Position numbers and translations under genes: made by a program. The notes under the pieces are model-generated. The model saw only the letters and a program-made list of their open reading frames with translations, was not told the DNA's origin and ran no database searches. DNA of 64,000 nucleotides from the NCBI GenBank assembly GCA_963667015.2, contig CAXXJJ010000001.1:736001-800000 (forward strand). The letters run 5' to 3'. Every line of letters starts with the position of its first letter. The stretch's first letter is position 1. Source of the DNA: Desulfatiglandales bacterium (GTDB taxonomy: Bacteria; Desulfobacterota; DSM-4660; Desulfatiglandales; HGW-15). Below are positions 39,374 through 49,610 of the stretch, one piece after another.

Positions 39374-39401
39374 CTCTTACATAATGTTGATTATCAGATA
39401 G
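39374..39401 (-). other. dif-like (XerC/XerD-type) recombination site
   Basis: Minus strand CTATCTGATAA-TCAACA-TTATGTAAGAG: 11-6-11 layout with ATAA-N6-TTATGT core, as in E. coli dif GGTGCGCATAA-TGTATA-TTATGTTAAAT. Confidence 0.5.
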
Positions 39402-39404
39402 TCG

Positions 39405-41681
39405 CTAGATAAAGCGTCTGGCAAGGTCATTATCAATAACATATATACATACCTCTTTGGCCCCCTGCTCAGTATAGCCGCTTTTATCAGCAAGGTTCTT
39501 CATAAGGTATGATACCTCTTCTCTTATCCTGCGGTCATAAGTCTTAAAGGCATCTGTGGAGAAATCCTTTACAGCCCTCCTGAAGTTTGCATTGTTCAGA
39601 AAGGGTTCCAGAACCTTTTCCTTGAGATTGTGTACATACCTTTCATGCAATGATTTAAAGACCTTTGTTTCATGTATCTTCCTGTTCTCAACCATTACTT
39701 CCTGGGTGAGTGTTGTTGAGGTATACTGCCCCTGTATATCCTTTCTGAATATGTGTCGCTGTTCATCACTCACGAGTGCTCCCAGCAACCTTTGTTCAAT
39801 GGACTGGAGAAAGCCTTCGGTAATTTCAAGCGTCTCACCCGTGTAGATGCACTTTTCAACAACACCGGTGTCAAAGTTAATTGCAAAAAGATAGTTCTGG
39901 ATATCCCTGGAAATGCGTTCTTCGTTGTAGTAATAAAGCGCCTCCTTCACCTCCTGAAGCACCGTGTAATCATAGAGTTGAACCAGTGAATCAAGGAATC
40001 CGTAGGGGATATATTTTACAAGGCTGCTGTTGTGTTTTTTAAAGAAGCTGTAAACCATCCCCATGTTGATAAGCTTGTCTTTGTTGCCATAGGCAGAATA
40101 GAATTCATTAAATATCTTGAGGGAATCCCTCCCCGAAAATCCTGAATCCCCTTCATATTCGGATTCTGCAATGATCCTTTTCCTTCTCCTGGCATTGAAG
40201 TTTTTCCTGTCTGCCTCCCTGAGCCATGGAGGAATGATCCCCGCGTATATTTCCATTTTTAAAAGATGGAGGTTGCTGTCGCAGTATAACTGGTAGTTCT
40301 CCGGGACGGCTATCCATTCCATTAAGGCCTCTGAACGGGGTTTAAGTCTCGTGGCAATTATTACCCTTGCGAAGTTCTCAAGTGTTTTGGGTAAAAAATC
40401 TTTTCTGATCTGTTCGCCAAAGGCGTTAAGATAGATCTTTACCTCTGTATTGTAGTCAAGGACATAAGGTATCTTGATGTAGGTTATCCTGTCCATAAAT
40501 GACTGGGTATCCGTCATATCGGAATCTTCCGGATTCATGAGTGCAAGGAAGAGGGAGTTTACATTTTCTTCCATATCTTCCACCTTATGGACTCCCTCGC
40601 TGATTATTCCATGAAGGTTGGTAAATCTTTCCCTGTTGTTTGACTTTATATCCATCAGTGCATAGATGCCGTTATTGGTTTTGGCATACCTGGAATATAG
40701 GTATCTTACACGGTTGCTGTCCTTTAGAAGGGTGTTCAACTGATTCTGAAGAATCTGGTTGGTCATGACCCTTGCCTTTATGGTCTTGTCACCGGGGTTA
40801 AATACGCTTATGCCTTCTCCAAGCCTCCGGTTGAAGTTGTACTTCCTTACATAGATCATATCGAATATCTCGGACGGCGATTCCAGTTTGTCCAGAAGGG
40901 TCTGGTAAAGGGATACACATATGGTGCATGGGTTATACCTGAAAATCCAGTCATATTTTTTTTCTGTGAAAAGCTTCTCTTTAAAATTCTTATCCTTTAT
41001 AAGGCCATCAAACATCTCACGCCTGTTACCCTTGGGAATTATAAGCAGGGGATGATCATGGCTGGGGCAGGGGACTTCAAGGTAGTTTTTTTCCGCAAGC
41101 TGGATATTGTTTCTTGCTATTCTGCCTGCTCCCTGGGTCGTGTCTACAAGGGAACGAAGCTGGGTTAATATGGTGTGAGTCTCCTGTTCCGAACTTCGCC
41201 CCAGTTTTTCCTTGTCGAGCCTCCATACAATTTCATAACTGACACCCGAGGGAGTTCTGGTGTATTTTTCGAATTTTGTCAGTAGATTGTTCAGAAATGT
41301 ACTTTTACCGGAGCCGTGAGGGCCTTCAAAGATATATATACGGTTCTGCTGACTGCCATGATAAACGGAAGATGCAAGGTTGATAAGGCGGTTGGCGAAA
41401 AGCCGGTCTGCAAAAAACGGGTGATCCGAGTCGTCAACAAACAGCTGGCTGCAGTCATAATTTGCATAATCAATTGACTCAGGATCATCAGGGTATTCGT
41501 TTTGTCCCTGTCCAACGTATGTATGGATCATGTCAAAAAACAGATGGAATATGTTTCTGAATATTATTTCCGGCTGATCTGCAGTCAGGCTGATATACTC
41601 ATTGAATGACAGGGCCGGCTGCTGATCCTTTTCGCTTATTCTCCGGTAAAGGTCTTCAAGTGCCTTGTTGACATTTTCCAT
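39405..41681 (-). CDS. PrkA-family AAA+ ATPase / serine protein kinase (second, divergent copy)
   Basis: EGPHGSGKST, CPSHDHPL, MDRITYIKIPYVL, EGDSGFSGR, GYTEQGA. Confidence 0.85.
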   Translation of the reverse strand: MENVNKALEDLYRRISEKDQQPALSFNEYISLTADQPEIIFRNIFHLFFDMIHTYVGQGQNEYPDDPESIDYANYDCSQLFVDDSDHPFFADRLFANRLINLASSVYHGSQQNRIYIFEGPHGSGKSTFLNNLLTKFEKYTRTPSGVSYEIVWRLDKEKLGRSSEQETHTILTQLRSLVDTTQGAGRIARNNIQLAEKNYLEVPCPSHDHPLLIIPKGNRREMFDGLIKDKNFKEKLFTEKKYDWIFRYNPCTICVSLYQTLLDKLESPSEIFDMIYVRKYNFNRRLGEGISVFNPGDKTIKARVMTNQILQNQLNTLLKDSNRVRYLYSRYAKTNNGIYALMDIKSNNRERFTNLHGIISEGVHKVEDMEENVNSLFLALMNPEDSDMTDTQSFMDRITYIKIPYVLDYNTEVKIYLNAFGEQIRKDFLPKTLENFARVIIATRLKPRSEALMEWIAVPENYQLYCDSNLHLLKMEIYAGIIPPWLREADRKNFNARRRKRIIAESEYEGDSGFSGRDSLKIFNEFYSAYGNKDKLINMGMVYSFFKKHNSSLVKYIPYGFLDSLVQLYDYTVLQEVKEALYYYNEERISRDIQNYLFAINFDTGVVEKCIYTGETLEITEGFLQSIEQRLLGALVSDEQRHIFRKDIQGQYTSTTLTQEVMVENRKIHETKVFKSLHERYVHNLKEKVLEPFLNNANFRRAVKDFSTDAFKTYDRRIREEVSYLMKNLADKSGYTEQGAKEVCIYVIDNDLARRFI

Positions 41682-41682
41682 T

Positions 41683-43341
41683 TTAGACGCTCCCCTCTAA
41701 GGGGGTTCTTGTGAGTTTTCTATCTTCCATGATGTACAGTACGCGCTGATATTTTGCTTTTTCAGCCTCCGTCTGAATGTTGGGATGGGCATAGTAAAAA
41801 ACAAACTGTGCAGGACTTTTGGGTTTTGCCTCAAGTTCCGTGGTCTCAAGCATTACAGGGCCTCCCCATAGATACTCTATACCCATCATTGTGTTTTCAA
41901 TGTATTCCCTCACAAGCGGTTTACCTTCAAATGTATGATTCAGGTACAGGCAGCCGTTCTGTGTCTTTGATTCATCGATATTTATTATGGGAGGATGGTA
42001 AAGGGAATTTAATATCATCTGTTTATAATCAAACGCCTTACGGCTCTTGACATAATATTCGTATACACCTTTTTTCTCATTCAGGCGTTTACCGGCCAGG
42101 AATATACGGTGCCTGTCAATAAGCTCCTGGTCAACAAAATCATTTATGAACATAAAATCGCTGTAATTCTCCCTGACCTTAAATATAAAGTCTTCCCCTG
42201 TGCCTGTTTTCTGATCATATTCCTTTCGTTTCTGTGCATCCATGATTTTAAAGTATTCAAAGGAGATCTTTCCTTTATCTGCCATTTCCTCAATATGAAA
42301 AAAAAGCCTCATCCCGAGGGCATAGGGATTAAGACCAATCCTTGGCAGGGCCGTGACCTTTGCATTAACCCTTGCAAAGGCGACCTCATTCCCCTTTATT
42401 CTGTCATCAATGAGAAACAGTTTTTCATGCCAGTAGCTTGCCCATCCCTCATTAAGGATCTTTGTCCTGATCTGAGGCTGAAAGTAAAGGCTTGTATTCC
42501 TGATGATCTGCATTACGCTTTCAATCCACCTGTTTTCATCTTTCCTGATAAAATTGGAGTTTTCCTGGATGTACTGCATCAGGTCCCTTGGCTGGCGGCG
42601 GTAAAGACGTTTATGTTTTTCATAGAGTGATTCGAATTCAGGATACTTCTTCTGAACATCCGAAAAGAATACCGATTCGGCCATCTCATTGAATTTTTTA
42701 TGGATCGAATTGTACCGGTCAATCTCCTTTTGATATTCATGAAACCTGACCTTGATCTTCTGCTGAAGGAAAATATCAAAATAATAATCAAGACGGTCTG
42801 ATGTCTTTATCTCGGGAGGAAAGTTAATTTCTGCCAGTTCGGGATAATAGCCTACCAGGTTATCGATCCCTCTGGCAAATTCTATTACATAATCAACCTG
42901 CCTTCCCTTTTCGGAGCGGAGCCGGGCAATCAGGCGTTTATCGGAAAGTGCCTGTCCTTCAAAGTCGCTGCCCCATGTATGCTTAAACATCATGTTGTTC
43001 TGAAAAAAATCAATATGTCCCAGGACATGGTAAAATATCATCACATTAAGCCAGTCAGGATTATTGTCATTATAGAATGAAATAGGAGGATGGGTGTTTA
43101 TGACAGTTTCGTAGGGGTTATTGGGGTAAAGCTCGTATCTTCCCCGTTCTTTTAATACCTCGATATCATGGACCCAGTAATCATAAAGGGTAGGGATCAT
43201 ATTTTTAGGGCCAAGATCAATAAGATCTCTGTTGGTTACAATATACTCCAGGCTTTCATCCTGAAAACTTAACCCTGCATCCCTTGCCCTTTCCTTGCAG
43301 CCTTCCATTATTTTTTTTGTGTGCTGATCAATGAGTTCCAT
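41683..43341 (-). CDS. SpoVR / YcgB family protein
   Basis: YETVIN, HVLGHIDFFQNN, YFQPQIRTKILNEGWASYWH, NPYALG. Confidence 0.92.
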   Translation of the reverse strand: MELIDQHTKKIMEGCKERARDAGLSFQDESLEYIVTNRDLIDLGPKNMIPTLYDYWVHDIEVLKERGRYELYPNNPYETVINTHPPISFYNDNNPDWLNVMIFYHVLGHIDFFQNNMMFKHTWGSDFEGQALSDKRLIARLRSEKGRQVDYVIEFARGIDNLVGYYPELAEINFPPEIKTSDRLDYYFDIFLQQKIKVRFHEYQKEIDRYNSIHKKFNEMAESVFFSDVQKKYPEFESLYEKHKRLYRRQPRDLMQYIQENSNFIRKDENRWIESVMQIIRNTSLYFQPQIRTKILNEGWASYWHEKLFLIDDRIKGNEVAFARVNAKVTALPRIGLNPYALGMRLFFHIEEMADKGKISFEYFKIMDAQKRKEYDQKTGTGEDFIFKVRENYSDFMFINDFVDQELIDRHRIFLAGKRLNEKKGVYEYYVKSRKAFDYKQMILNSLYHPPIINIDESKTQNGCLYLNHTFEGKPLVREYIENTMMGIEYLWGGPVMLETTELEAKPKSPAQFVFYYAHPNIQTEAEKAKYQRVLYIMEDRKLTRTPLEGSV

Positions 43342-43416
43342 TTTTTATGACCAATTTCCATCAAAATGAGTTAACAGTCTTTTATAAAAGATGGTTAACG
43401 GCATATAGACTTGCAA

Positions 43417-44769
43417 TCAACTGATCAAATTCCTTATTCCGTTTATCAGCCTTTCTTCTGAGTCACTTTCGCTTATGGTATCCATCCTTAACAGTTTTGG
43501 ATATTCTGTCAGAAGCCGTGAATTTGCCATGTATCTCTCTATTGTTGATGCATACACACCATAGGAAGGCATCCTGGCGACTGTGATGCCTATCCTGCTG
43601 CTGTATACAAGGGCCTTTCTAATTTCAGGTATTGTATTTGATCCGTCGGAATCCCAGTCATCCCCGTCAGTGCCGTGGAAGATATAAATATTGTAATCTC
43701 TTGCAAGATTCTCCTTTTCAACGATCTCGTTTACCAGCCTGAAGGCCGAAGCAACCCTTGTTCCTCCTGCTACGGTTGAATTGTAATATGTGTAAAAATC
43801 AGGGACTTCCTTTGCCTCTTCATCATGGAGTATAAAACGTGTCTCAACCTGCCTGTCATACTGGTAAATCAGCCAGCTGTAGATAAGGACATGCTGATTC
43901 ACGATCATTTCCGTAGGGCCGCCGCCCATGGAACCGGAGTAATCTCTGAGAAGAAAAACCATTGCCTGTGATTCGTAATCCTTTTCCTTTGATAATATCC
44001 TGTAAACCCTGTCACCGGGTGAGATAAGAAGCTCGGTAGGATCGATAGGCTTCTCTGCAGATACCCTTTCCAGGTTTATGTTTGTCTCAATTATCTTTTT
44101 TAGCGTGGCCTTTTTGTCTATTATCTGACCTGCCCCGTGTGCCCTGTCGGTAAGGTTATATGTGTATTTTGACAGTGACCGCTTTTTCCCCTTTTCCTGG
44201 AGATTTGGAAGCTGGAATTTTTCGGTAAGAATCTTGCCAAGATCATAGGCGCTTGATTCAATCTCATGTTCGCCGGGTTCTCCCTGTCCTGCTCCGGCGC
44301 CGCTCTCTCCCTCAGCCTCATGGGCCGATTCCTCACCTATTACCTCTCCTTCTTCACCTTCGCCCGATCCTCCTGAACTGCTTTCCTGCTCTTCCTGTGG
44401 CTGAGGTCTTGTGTCGTGCACAAATTTTTCTTCAATTGTAGAGGGGACTACAACAATTTTGTTTTTGCCGCCGCGGCCGGGTTTGACAAATCTTCCAAGC
44501 CTTATCTTTTTGGGGAACCCGTCTTCACCACGCTGCTTGTCACGTTCAAGCAGTTCATCTATAGTACTGAGGCTGCTTGTGTAATTGCCGCTGACAGGAC
44601 CCTTTTCCTGAAGAAATATCAGGTCAGCATAATCATAGACGGTTTGATAGAAATCTTTTGCAACGCTTCCTGTGGCATCTCTATTCTTTTCAGAGACAGG
44701 CAGGTAATGCCTGTCGTGCAGCCCCTGTTCGGTCTGCATATCCCCTAATTTTTCTTTTTCATCAGACAT
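43417..44769 (-). CDS. DUF444 (YeaH/YhbH) vWA-like protein
   Basis: G/E-rich linker, ESQAMVFLLRDYSGSM, GGTRVASAF, YNIYIFHGTDGDDW. Confidence 0.9.
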   Translation of the reverse strand: MSDEKEKLGDMQTEQGLHDRHYLPVSEKNRDATGSVAKDFYQTVYDYADLIFLQEKGPVSGNYTSSLSTIDELLERDKQRGEDGFPKKIRLGRFVKPGRGGKNKIVVVPSTIEEKFVHDTRPQPQEEQESSSGGSGEGEEGEVIGEESAHEAEGESGAGAGQGEPGEHEIESSAYDLGKILTEKFQLPNLQEKGKKRSLSKYTYNLTDRAHGAGQIIDKKATLKKIIETNINLERVSAEKPIDPTELLISPGDRVYRILSKEKDYESQAMVFLLRDYSGSMGGGPTEMIVNQHVLIYSWLIYQYDRQVETRFILHDEEAKEVPDFYTYYNSTVAGGTRVASAFRLVNEIVEKENLARDYNIYIFHGTDGDDWDSDGSNTIPEIRKALVYSSRIGITVARMPSYGVYASTIERYMANSRLLTEYPKLLRMDTISESDSEERLINGIRNLIS

Positions 44770-44812
44770 ATTAATCCGCTAAAAAAAGAATGTTATCAGT
44801 AAAGTAAGCAGT

Positions 44813-46879
44813 CTAATTTTCATCATTCTGGGTGCAGAAATATTCAATGGTCTTTTGAGCGCAGGTATTGCAGTAACCAAGTTTGTTCAGCATGGTGTCA
44901 ACCATCCTGTCATAAAGCTTCTGGTTTTCTTCATTTGTCCGGTTTGCAAGTGCCCCTATGAGGCTTCCCGCACCCGCTATGTCAGACTTCAGCCTCACGT
45001 CCGTTACGGCTTTGACCAGTTCAATGTTGTCCATAAAATCATATTCTGCATCTACAGACATCTTCTGCCCGTATATTTTCCTGATGCTTGTCCTGAATGT
45101 TTCGCATTGTTCCCTTGTCTTGAGCCCGAGCCTTTCCTCGACGCTCTGTATATACTTTTCATCAATCTTAAGGGCCTTTAACTCACCTGTCTGGGGGTCC
45201 TTGTATTTCCACATCCTGTCGGTCCCGAGGTTTTCCGCATCTATGCCTATAATCATATTAACGTAGTTCATAACATCCTTTTTTACAGCCTGGGGTTCAT
45301 CCATGTATGCATTGAACATCTCCGTCATAATCCTCTCACGATAAAGGCCCCTTGCTATCTTCAGATCTTCAAAATATTTTTTCCGGTCATCTGCCTCTGT
45401 GACATAATCAAGCGTCACCCTCTCAAGGGCCTTAAATATATCCTCGGCAAACATGCATCTCCCTTCATTGGTTTCCGAGCTTTCCATAAGAAATTGAATG
45501 GACCGTCCCAGGTCTCTCTGCCCCAGTCCCTTTTGACCGTATCTCTTTGTTATGTCAGGCTCATGGTTAAGGTTGTCTATTACCTCTGCAAGGGTCTTTA
45601 TACCCTTTTCACCGGCAACTTCACCGGCTGAGAGTTTCATGGTTTCAATGGGGGTAAGCTTTTCGGATCTGGGAAGCCTGGAAAGGGCCACGGCAACGGA
45701 CGCCGCATAATTCAGGTTGGGATCCCTGTGGAGGCTTTCCTTGGTGAGTGTGGTTTTTGACTCGCTGCCGATGGCATAGTTTGTAAGGTCTTCCTGCAGC
45801 CGGTAGTCCGTATTGTGTGCGACATAACAGATCCTGCATCTGTCGACAATCGGGGCTTCTTCCCTTTCGGAAAGGAACCTGTTGAATTCCGAATTGTTGC
45901 TTGTGGCAATGATAAGGGTATCAATAGGCCATCTGAAACCGTCTATTTCTATATTCCTGTTCTGGATAACCCCAAGGTAAACCTGAACAAGGTCCTTTTT
46001 GTTCTTTAAGATTTCATCGCTGAAATGGATACCGCCCCCTGCCACCCGTGCCAGAGCACCTCTTCTCAGATCAAACCTGTAGGGATTATTCTGGTCGGAA
46101 ATATGCAGAAGCCTCTGGATGGATTCTTCCCCCAGAAGGTCCACGGCGGATGATGTAATCTTGTCCTTTGCCGAATATTTACCCGTAACTGTACCAAGGC
46201 TCTCGCTAAGAGGGACAGGAGAAATTTCAATAAAGTTCAGGAGCTCTTTTATGTTGCCGTTTACAAAGCTCCTGATATCCCTGATTATATAGTCACTGCA
46301 TGCCCCGAGAGGTCTGTAGTTTTCATAAAGTTTATCAACGGTTTTGGTCTTGAATCCATGGTTTTTAACAAGGTATTCTCTGCTCTTGTCAACTGTCTCG
46401 CACAGGTTCATTGCAAGTATCATCGGGTCTTCAAAGGTCTGTGACTGGATGCGGTTGATCTTTCCATAGGTGCCCAGTTTATCCAGGCCGGTAAAGGTGA
46501 AGGTATATCGGCGGTTTTCGTCTCTGGCAAGGAAGTTCCGGTAGAGGGCACAGAGATAGTCTACAAAAAATGTTTTTCCGTTCCCGGGTTCGCCAACGAG
46601 GACAAAGGCCATCTCCTTTGAAGAACCGCCTTCGGAGGCGTCTTTTACAAAGGAAACAAAACTGTTTATTTCATCAAACATACCTATTACATGTTTGCTT
46701 CCCTGTCGGAAAAGTTTAAAGTCATATGTACTTTTGCTGTGTACTGTTACCTTTTCTATGGCTTTACTGTCTTCAAGTATCATCCTTGCTACAGTCTGAA
46801 AGGCATTCTCAAAACATCTTTTTCCTGATTTTACTTCATTTACATGTGTCCCCAGTGTGTTATCGCCGTTCGTTCCCAT
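44813..46879 (-). CDS. prkA: PrkA/YeaG-family AAA+ ATPase / serine protein kinase
   Basis: VGEPGNGKT, GALARVAGGGIHFSDEILK, ATSN, IVDRC, LGYCNTCA. Confidence 0.88.
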   Translation of the reverse strand: MGTNGDNTLGTHVNEVKSGKRCFENAFQTVARMILEDSKAIEKVTVHSKSTYDFKLFRQGSKHVIGMFDEINSFVSFVKDASEGGSSKEMAFVLVGEPGNGKTFFVDYLCALYRNFLARDENRRYTFTFTGLDKLGTYGKINRIQSQTFEDPMILAMNLCETVDKSREYLVKNHGFKTKTVDKLYENYRPLGACSDYIIRDIRSFVNGNIKELLNFIEISPVPLSESLGTVTGKYSAKDKITSSAVDLLGEESIQRLLHISDQNNPYRFDLRRGALARVAGGGIHFSDEILKNKKDLVQVYLGVIQNRNIEIDGFRWPIDTLIIATSNNSEFNRFLSEREEAPIVDRCRICYVAHNTDYRLQEDLTNYAIGSESKTTLTKESLHRDPNLNYAASVAVALSRLPRSEKLTPIETMKLSAGEVAGEKGIKTLAEVIDNLNHEPDITKRYGQKGLGQRDLGRSIQFLMESSETNEGRCMFAEDIFKALERVTLDYVTEADDRKKYFEDLKIARGLYRERIMTEMFNAYMDEPQAVKKDVMNYVNMIIGIDAENLGTDRMWKYKDPQTGELKALKIDEKYIQSVEERLGLKTREQCETFRTSIRKIYGQKMSVDAEYDFMDNIELVKAVTDVRLKSDIAGAGSLIGALANRTNEENQKLYDRMVDTMLNKLGYCNTCAQKTIEYFCTQNDEN

Positions 46880-47433
46880 TTTATCCTCCGGCTTTTGTGG
46901 TTAACAGTGTATTGAAAAAAGTCATAATGATATGTCATGAACAGTGCAGTTTATTCGGGGGCCAGGGCAAAGCAGCTGCCATTCGGATACAATACATAGT
47001 AGCCGGCAGGCAGTGCAACACTGCCCTGAACCCCTTTTATCAGATCACCAGGAACCTTTTCCGAACACAATTCCAGCAAAACCCTGATATCACCAGAATG
47101 GTCTTAAGGAACCGAATGATCTGATATCGCTCAAAATCCGAACAACAACAAAAGACAGGAGCAGAAATTATGTTTCCCGCTAAGATTAATGATAACATGA
47201 AAAAGCATATGAAAAATCAGCGTCAGATAGTCTGTTTGAACTATATATAGATGAGAGCCACTAGAGCAATAAGGATAACACCATTTTAATGATCATACAA
47301 GGCAAAAAACAGGTACGTAAAATCTGAAACCGGGGTGCGGCAATATGTTAAGTATCCGAGAAATATGGTCCGGAGTTAAAAAAGTGAATAAAATTAACAG
47401 GGATATTTTCAGGTTACTGCATCCAGGTATGAA

Positions 47434-47862
47434 TTAAAGATTCATATCCGTTGAATGATCATTTATGCCGGCAAGGATCAGGTCGTTTATTTTCTGTTCC
47501 TCTGCATCCTCAATAATCTCAAGGCTGATGAGATAGTGCCCCTTGAGCCTGCCGCATTCCTGCAGGCTTATATCCCTGATCTCGGTTACAAGTTCCTGGT
47601 AGGGATAAAGAAAATCATCAGAGTAGAATTTCATATTAAATTTTGAATTGACCTCAATAAAGGAAAGAAATCTTGAATTTTCTTTAACCAGGATTGACAT
47701 GAGCAGCGGCCCTGTCTGCCAGATCTTGAACTGGTAGACCAGTTTGGCCTTTACGGGAATTTCTACGCAATAGAACTGGTCAAGTTCCCTGGCGTTTTCC
47801 AATAATACGGCTTCGAGCAGATTATTCTCAAAGGCATGTTCGTACATATTACCCTCCCGCAT
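47434..47862 (-). CDS. Hypothetical protein, possibly a degenerate PilZ-type beta-barrel
   Basis: YQFKIW...ILVKENS...TEIRDIS...KGHYLISLEI pattern; no RxxxR motif; start may be 47847. Confidence 0.5.
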   Translation of the reverse strand: MREGNMYEHAFENNLLEAVLLENARELDQFYCVEIPVKAKLVYQFKIWQTGPLLMSILVKENSRFLSFIEVNSKFNMKFYSDDFLYPYQELVTEIRDISLQECGRLKGHYLISLEIIEDAEEQKINDLILAGINDHSTDMNL

Positions 47863-47882
47863 TTTACTGTTGTTTTTTATCT

Positions 47883-48098
47883 TTAATTCCTGCCATCCGG
47901 AAATACCCTGTTTTTGTCCCGCAGCTTGTACCCCAGCGCCAGTATTATCTTCCTCATTGTTGCTACACGGCAGCTCATTCCCTTTTCTATCCGGTCGATT
48001 GTCAATGCGGAGATATCAGCCTTTCGTGCGAGCTCAGATTTGCTCATGAGGAGCTCTTCCCTGATTTTCTTTACATTGTTATTTATTTTGTCGGTCAA
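47883..48098 (-). CDS. XRE/Cro-family HTH transcriptional regulator
   Basis: VKKIREELLMSKSELARKADISALTIDRIEKG...TMRKIILALG. Confidence 0.9.
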   Translation of the reverse strand: MTDKINNNVKKIREELLMSKSELARKADISALTIDRIEKGMSCRVATMRKIILALGYKLRDKNRVFPDGRN

Positions 48099-48426
48099 TT
48101 ATTATCCTGTTTATGGTGCAATATTATATATAATTATGCATAAATAATGCAATTAGTCAATTAATTTTTTACTTATTAACATTAAAAAGTATAATTAATA
48201 ATATATAGTCATTATATTATTATATATTAAATGGTAATTTTAAAAATAAATGTATGATAAATTCATTCTGTTTTCTATTAATAGTCTTAAAAAGGTAATT
48301 TATTCAGCCTCTGTTAAAGGGGATTTGCGCCATATTTCTGACGTGGTGTAGAATATTCTATTCAAATGATCACCCTGATAACCCCGATATTCAACAATAC
48401 TAGCAGTTTTGATGGATGCTCAGCTT

Positions 48427-48442
48427 TGGCACAATTCCTGCT
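48427..48442 (+). promoter_or_regulatory. Sigma54 promoter upstream of the HDOD / HEAT-REC genes
   Basis: TGGCAC-AATTC-CTGCT, 72 bp before ATG 48514. Confidence 0.55.
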
Positions 48443-48513
48443 TATCTTATATTCGGTAAATTGATTCCGATTCATATTTGAAGAATGCAGTATAAGTCCA
48501 TTCGGAGCTAAAA

Positions 48514-49527
48514 ATGAAGGTTGAATGTTCAACATGCAAGGTACAGTTCAATATTCCGGATGAAAGATTACCCCGGGGCAGGAAAATCGCATTTCCATGC
48601 CCGAGGTGTAAAGGGATTATTGAGTTGGATTTAGATGCTCAGGAAGATATAGCATCAGATCAAAACGATGTCAGCCAGCAGGACTTCTTAAAGGGTGAGG
48701 CCCTGAAAAAGAAGATTCTGAGGAGCGTTAAGGATCTTCCCCCAATGCCCCAGACTGTTATCAAGGCAAGGGAAATAATGGGAGATCCCAATTCGGATTT
48801 TAAATCATTGGCAAAATTGTTTGAGACCGACCAGGCGATTGCCACCAAGGTACTTAAGCTGGCAAATTCACCCTATTATGGTATGGGAGGGAAGGTCTCC
48901 TCAATACAGCACGCCTCGGTTGTGCTTGGCCATAAAACCCTGGGGGAGCTCATAACAATGGGAGGGACTTCAAGCCTCCTTGGAAAAAGCCTGGAAGGAT
49001 ATGGTCTGGATGCCGGAGCCCTGTGGAAACACTCCCTGGCTGTAGCCTTCGGGGCAAAGATGATAGCCGAGATGAAAGAGCCGTCTTTATCAAATGATGC
49101 CTTTACATCGGGATTAATACATGATGCGGGCAAGCTTATCCTTGATAAGTATATTGCAGAAAGGTGGCAGCTCATAGAGGATTTTATGGGTAATGAAGGC
49201 GTCACATTCCTGGATGCCGAAAAATCAATACTTGAACTTGATCATTCGGAGGCTGCCTTTGAGGTATGCGGAGTCTGGAATATCCCCAAGGCATTGACAA
49301 CAGCCATAAGGTATCATCATCATCCTGCCAGGTCTCATGAAAATATGCTGGCATACATCATTCATGTTGCAGATGCTATCGCCATGATGACCGGTCTGGG
49401 GCTCGGGATTGACAGTACCTTTTATGTAATGGATGACCGGGCAATGGAATTTATCGGCCTTAATGAAGATGACGTTAATAAAGTCATGGCCGGAATTATT
49501 GAATCAGTTAAAAAAATATCTGAATAG
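48514..49527 (+). CDS. Zinc-ribbon + HDOD domain protein
   Basis: MKVECSTC...CPRC; LPPMP, DQAIATKVLKLANSPYYG, LWKHS, GLIHDAGK. Confidence 0.9.
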   Translation: MKVECSTCKVQFNIPDERLPRGRKIAFPCPRCKGIIELDLDAQEDIASDQNDVSQQDFLKGEALKKKILRSVKDLPPMPQTVIKAREIMGDPNSDFKSLAKLFETDQAIATKVLKLANSPYYGMGGKVSSIQHASVVLGHKTLGELITMGGTSSLLGKSLEGYGLDAGALWKHSLAVAFGAKMIAEMKEPSLSNDAFTSGLIHDAGKLILDKYIAERWQLIEDFMGNEGVTFLDAEKSILELDHSEAAFEVCGVWNIPKALTTAIRYHHHPARSHENMLAYIIHVADAIAMMTGLGLGIDSTFYVMDDRAMEFIGLNEDDVNKVMAGIIESVKKISE

Positions 49528-49610
49528 AGGTTTTTTATGCTCTCTCTCGTTTCGATTAAAATAAGATATTCACTCTTATCGTTTTACACTAGGTTATAAG
49601 GATATTTTTT

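Noticed and set aside
46900..47160. Cobalamin or other known riboswitch upstream of prkA
   Set aside because: No B12-box, AGGGAA or GCCACTG consensus in the right order; kept only as an unknown structured leader.
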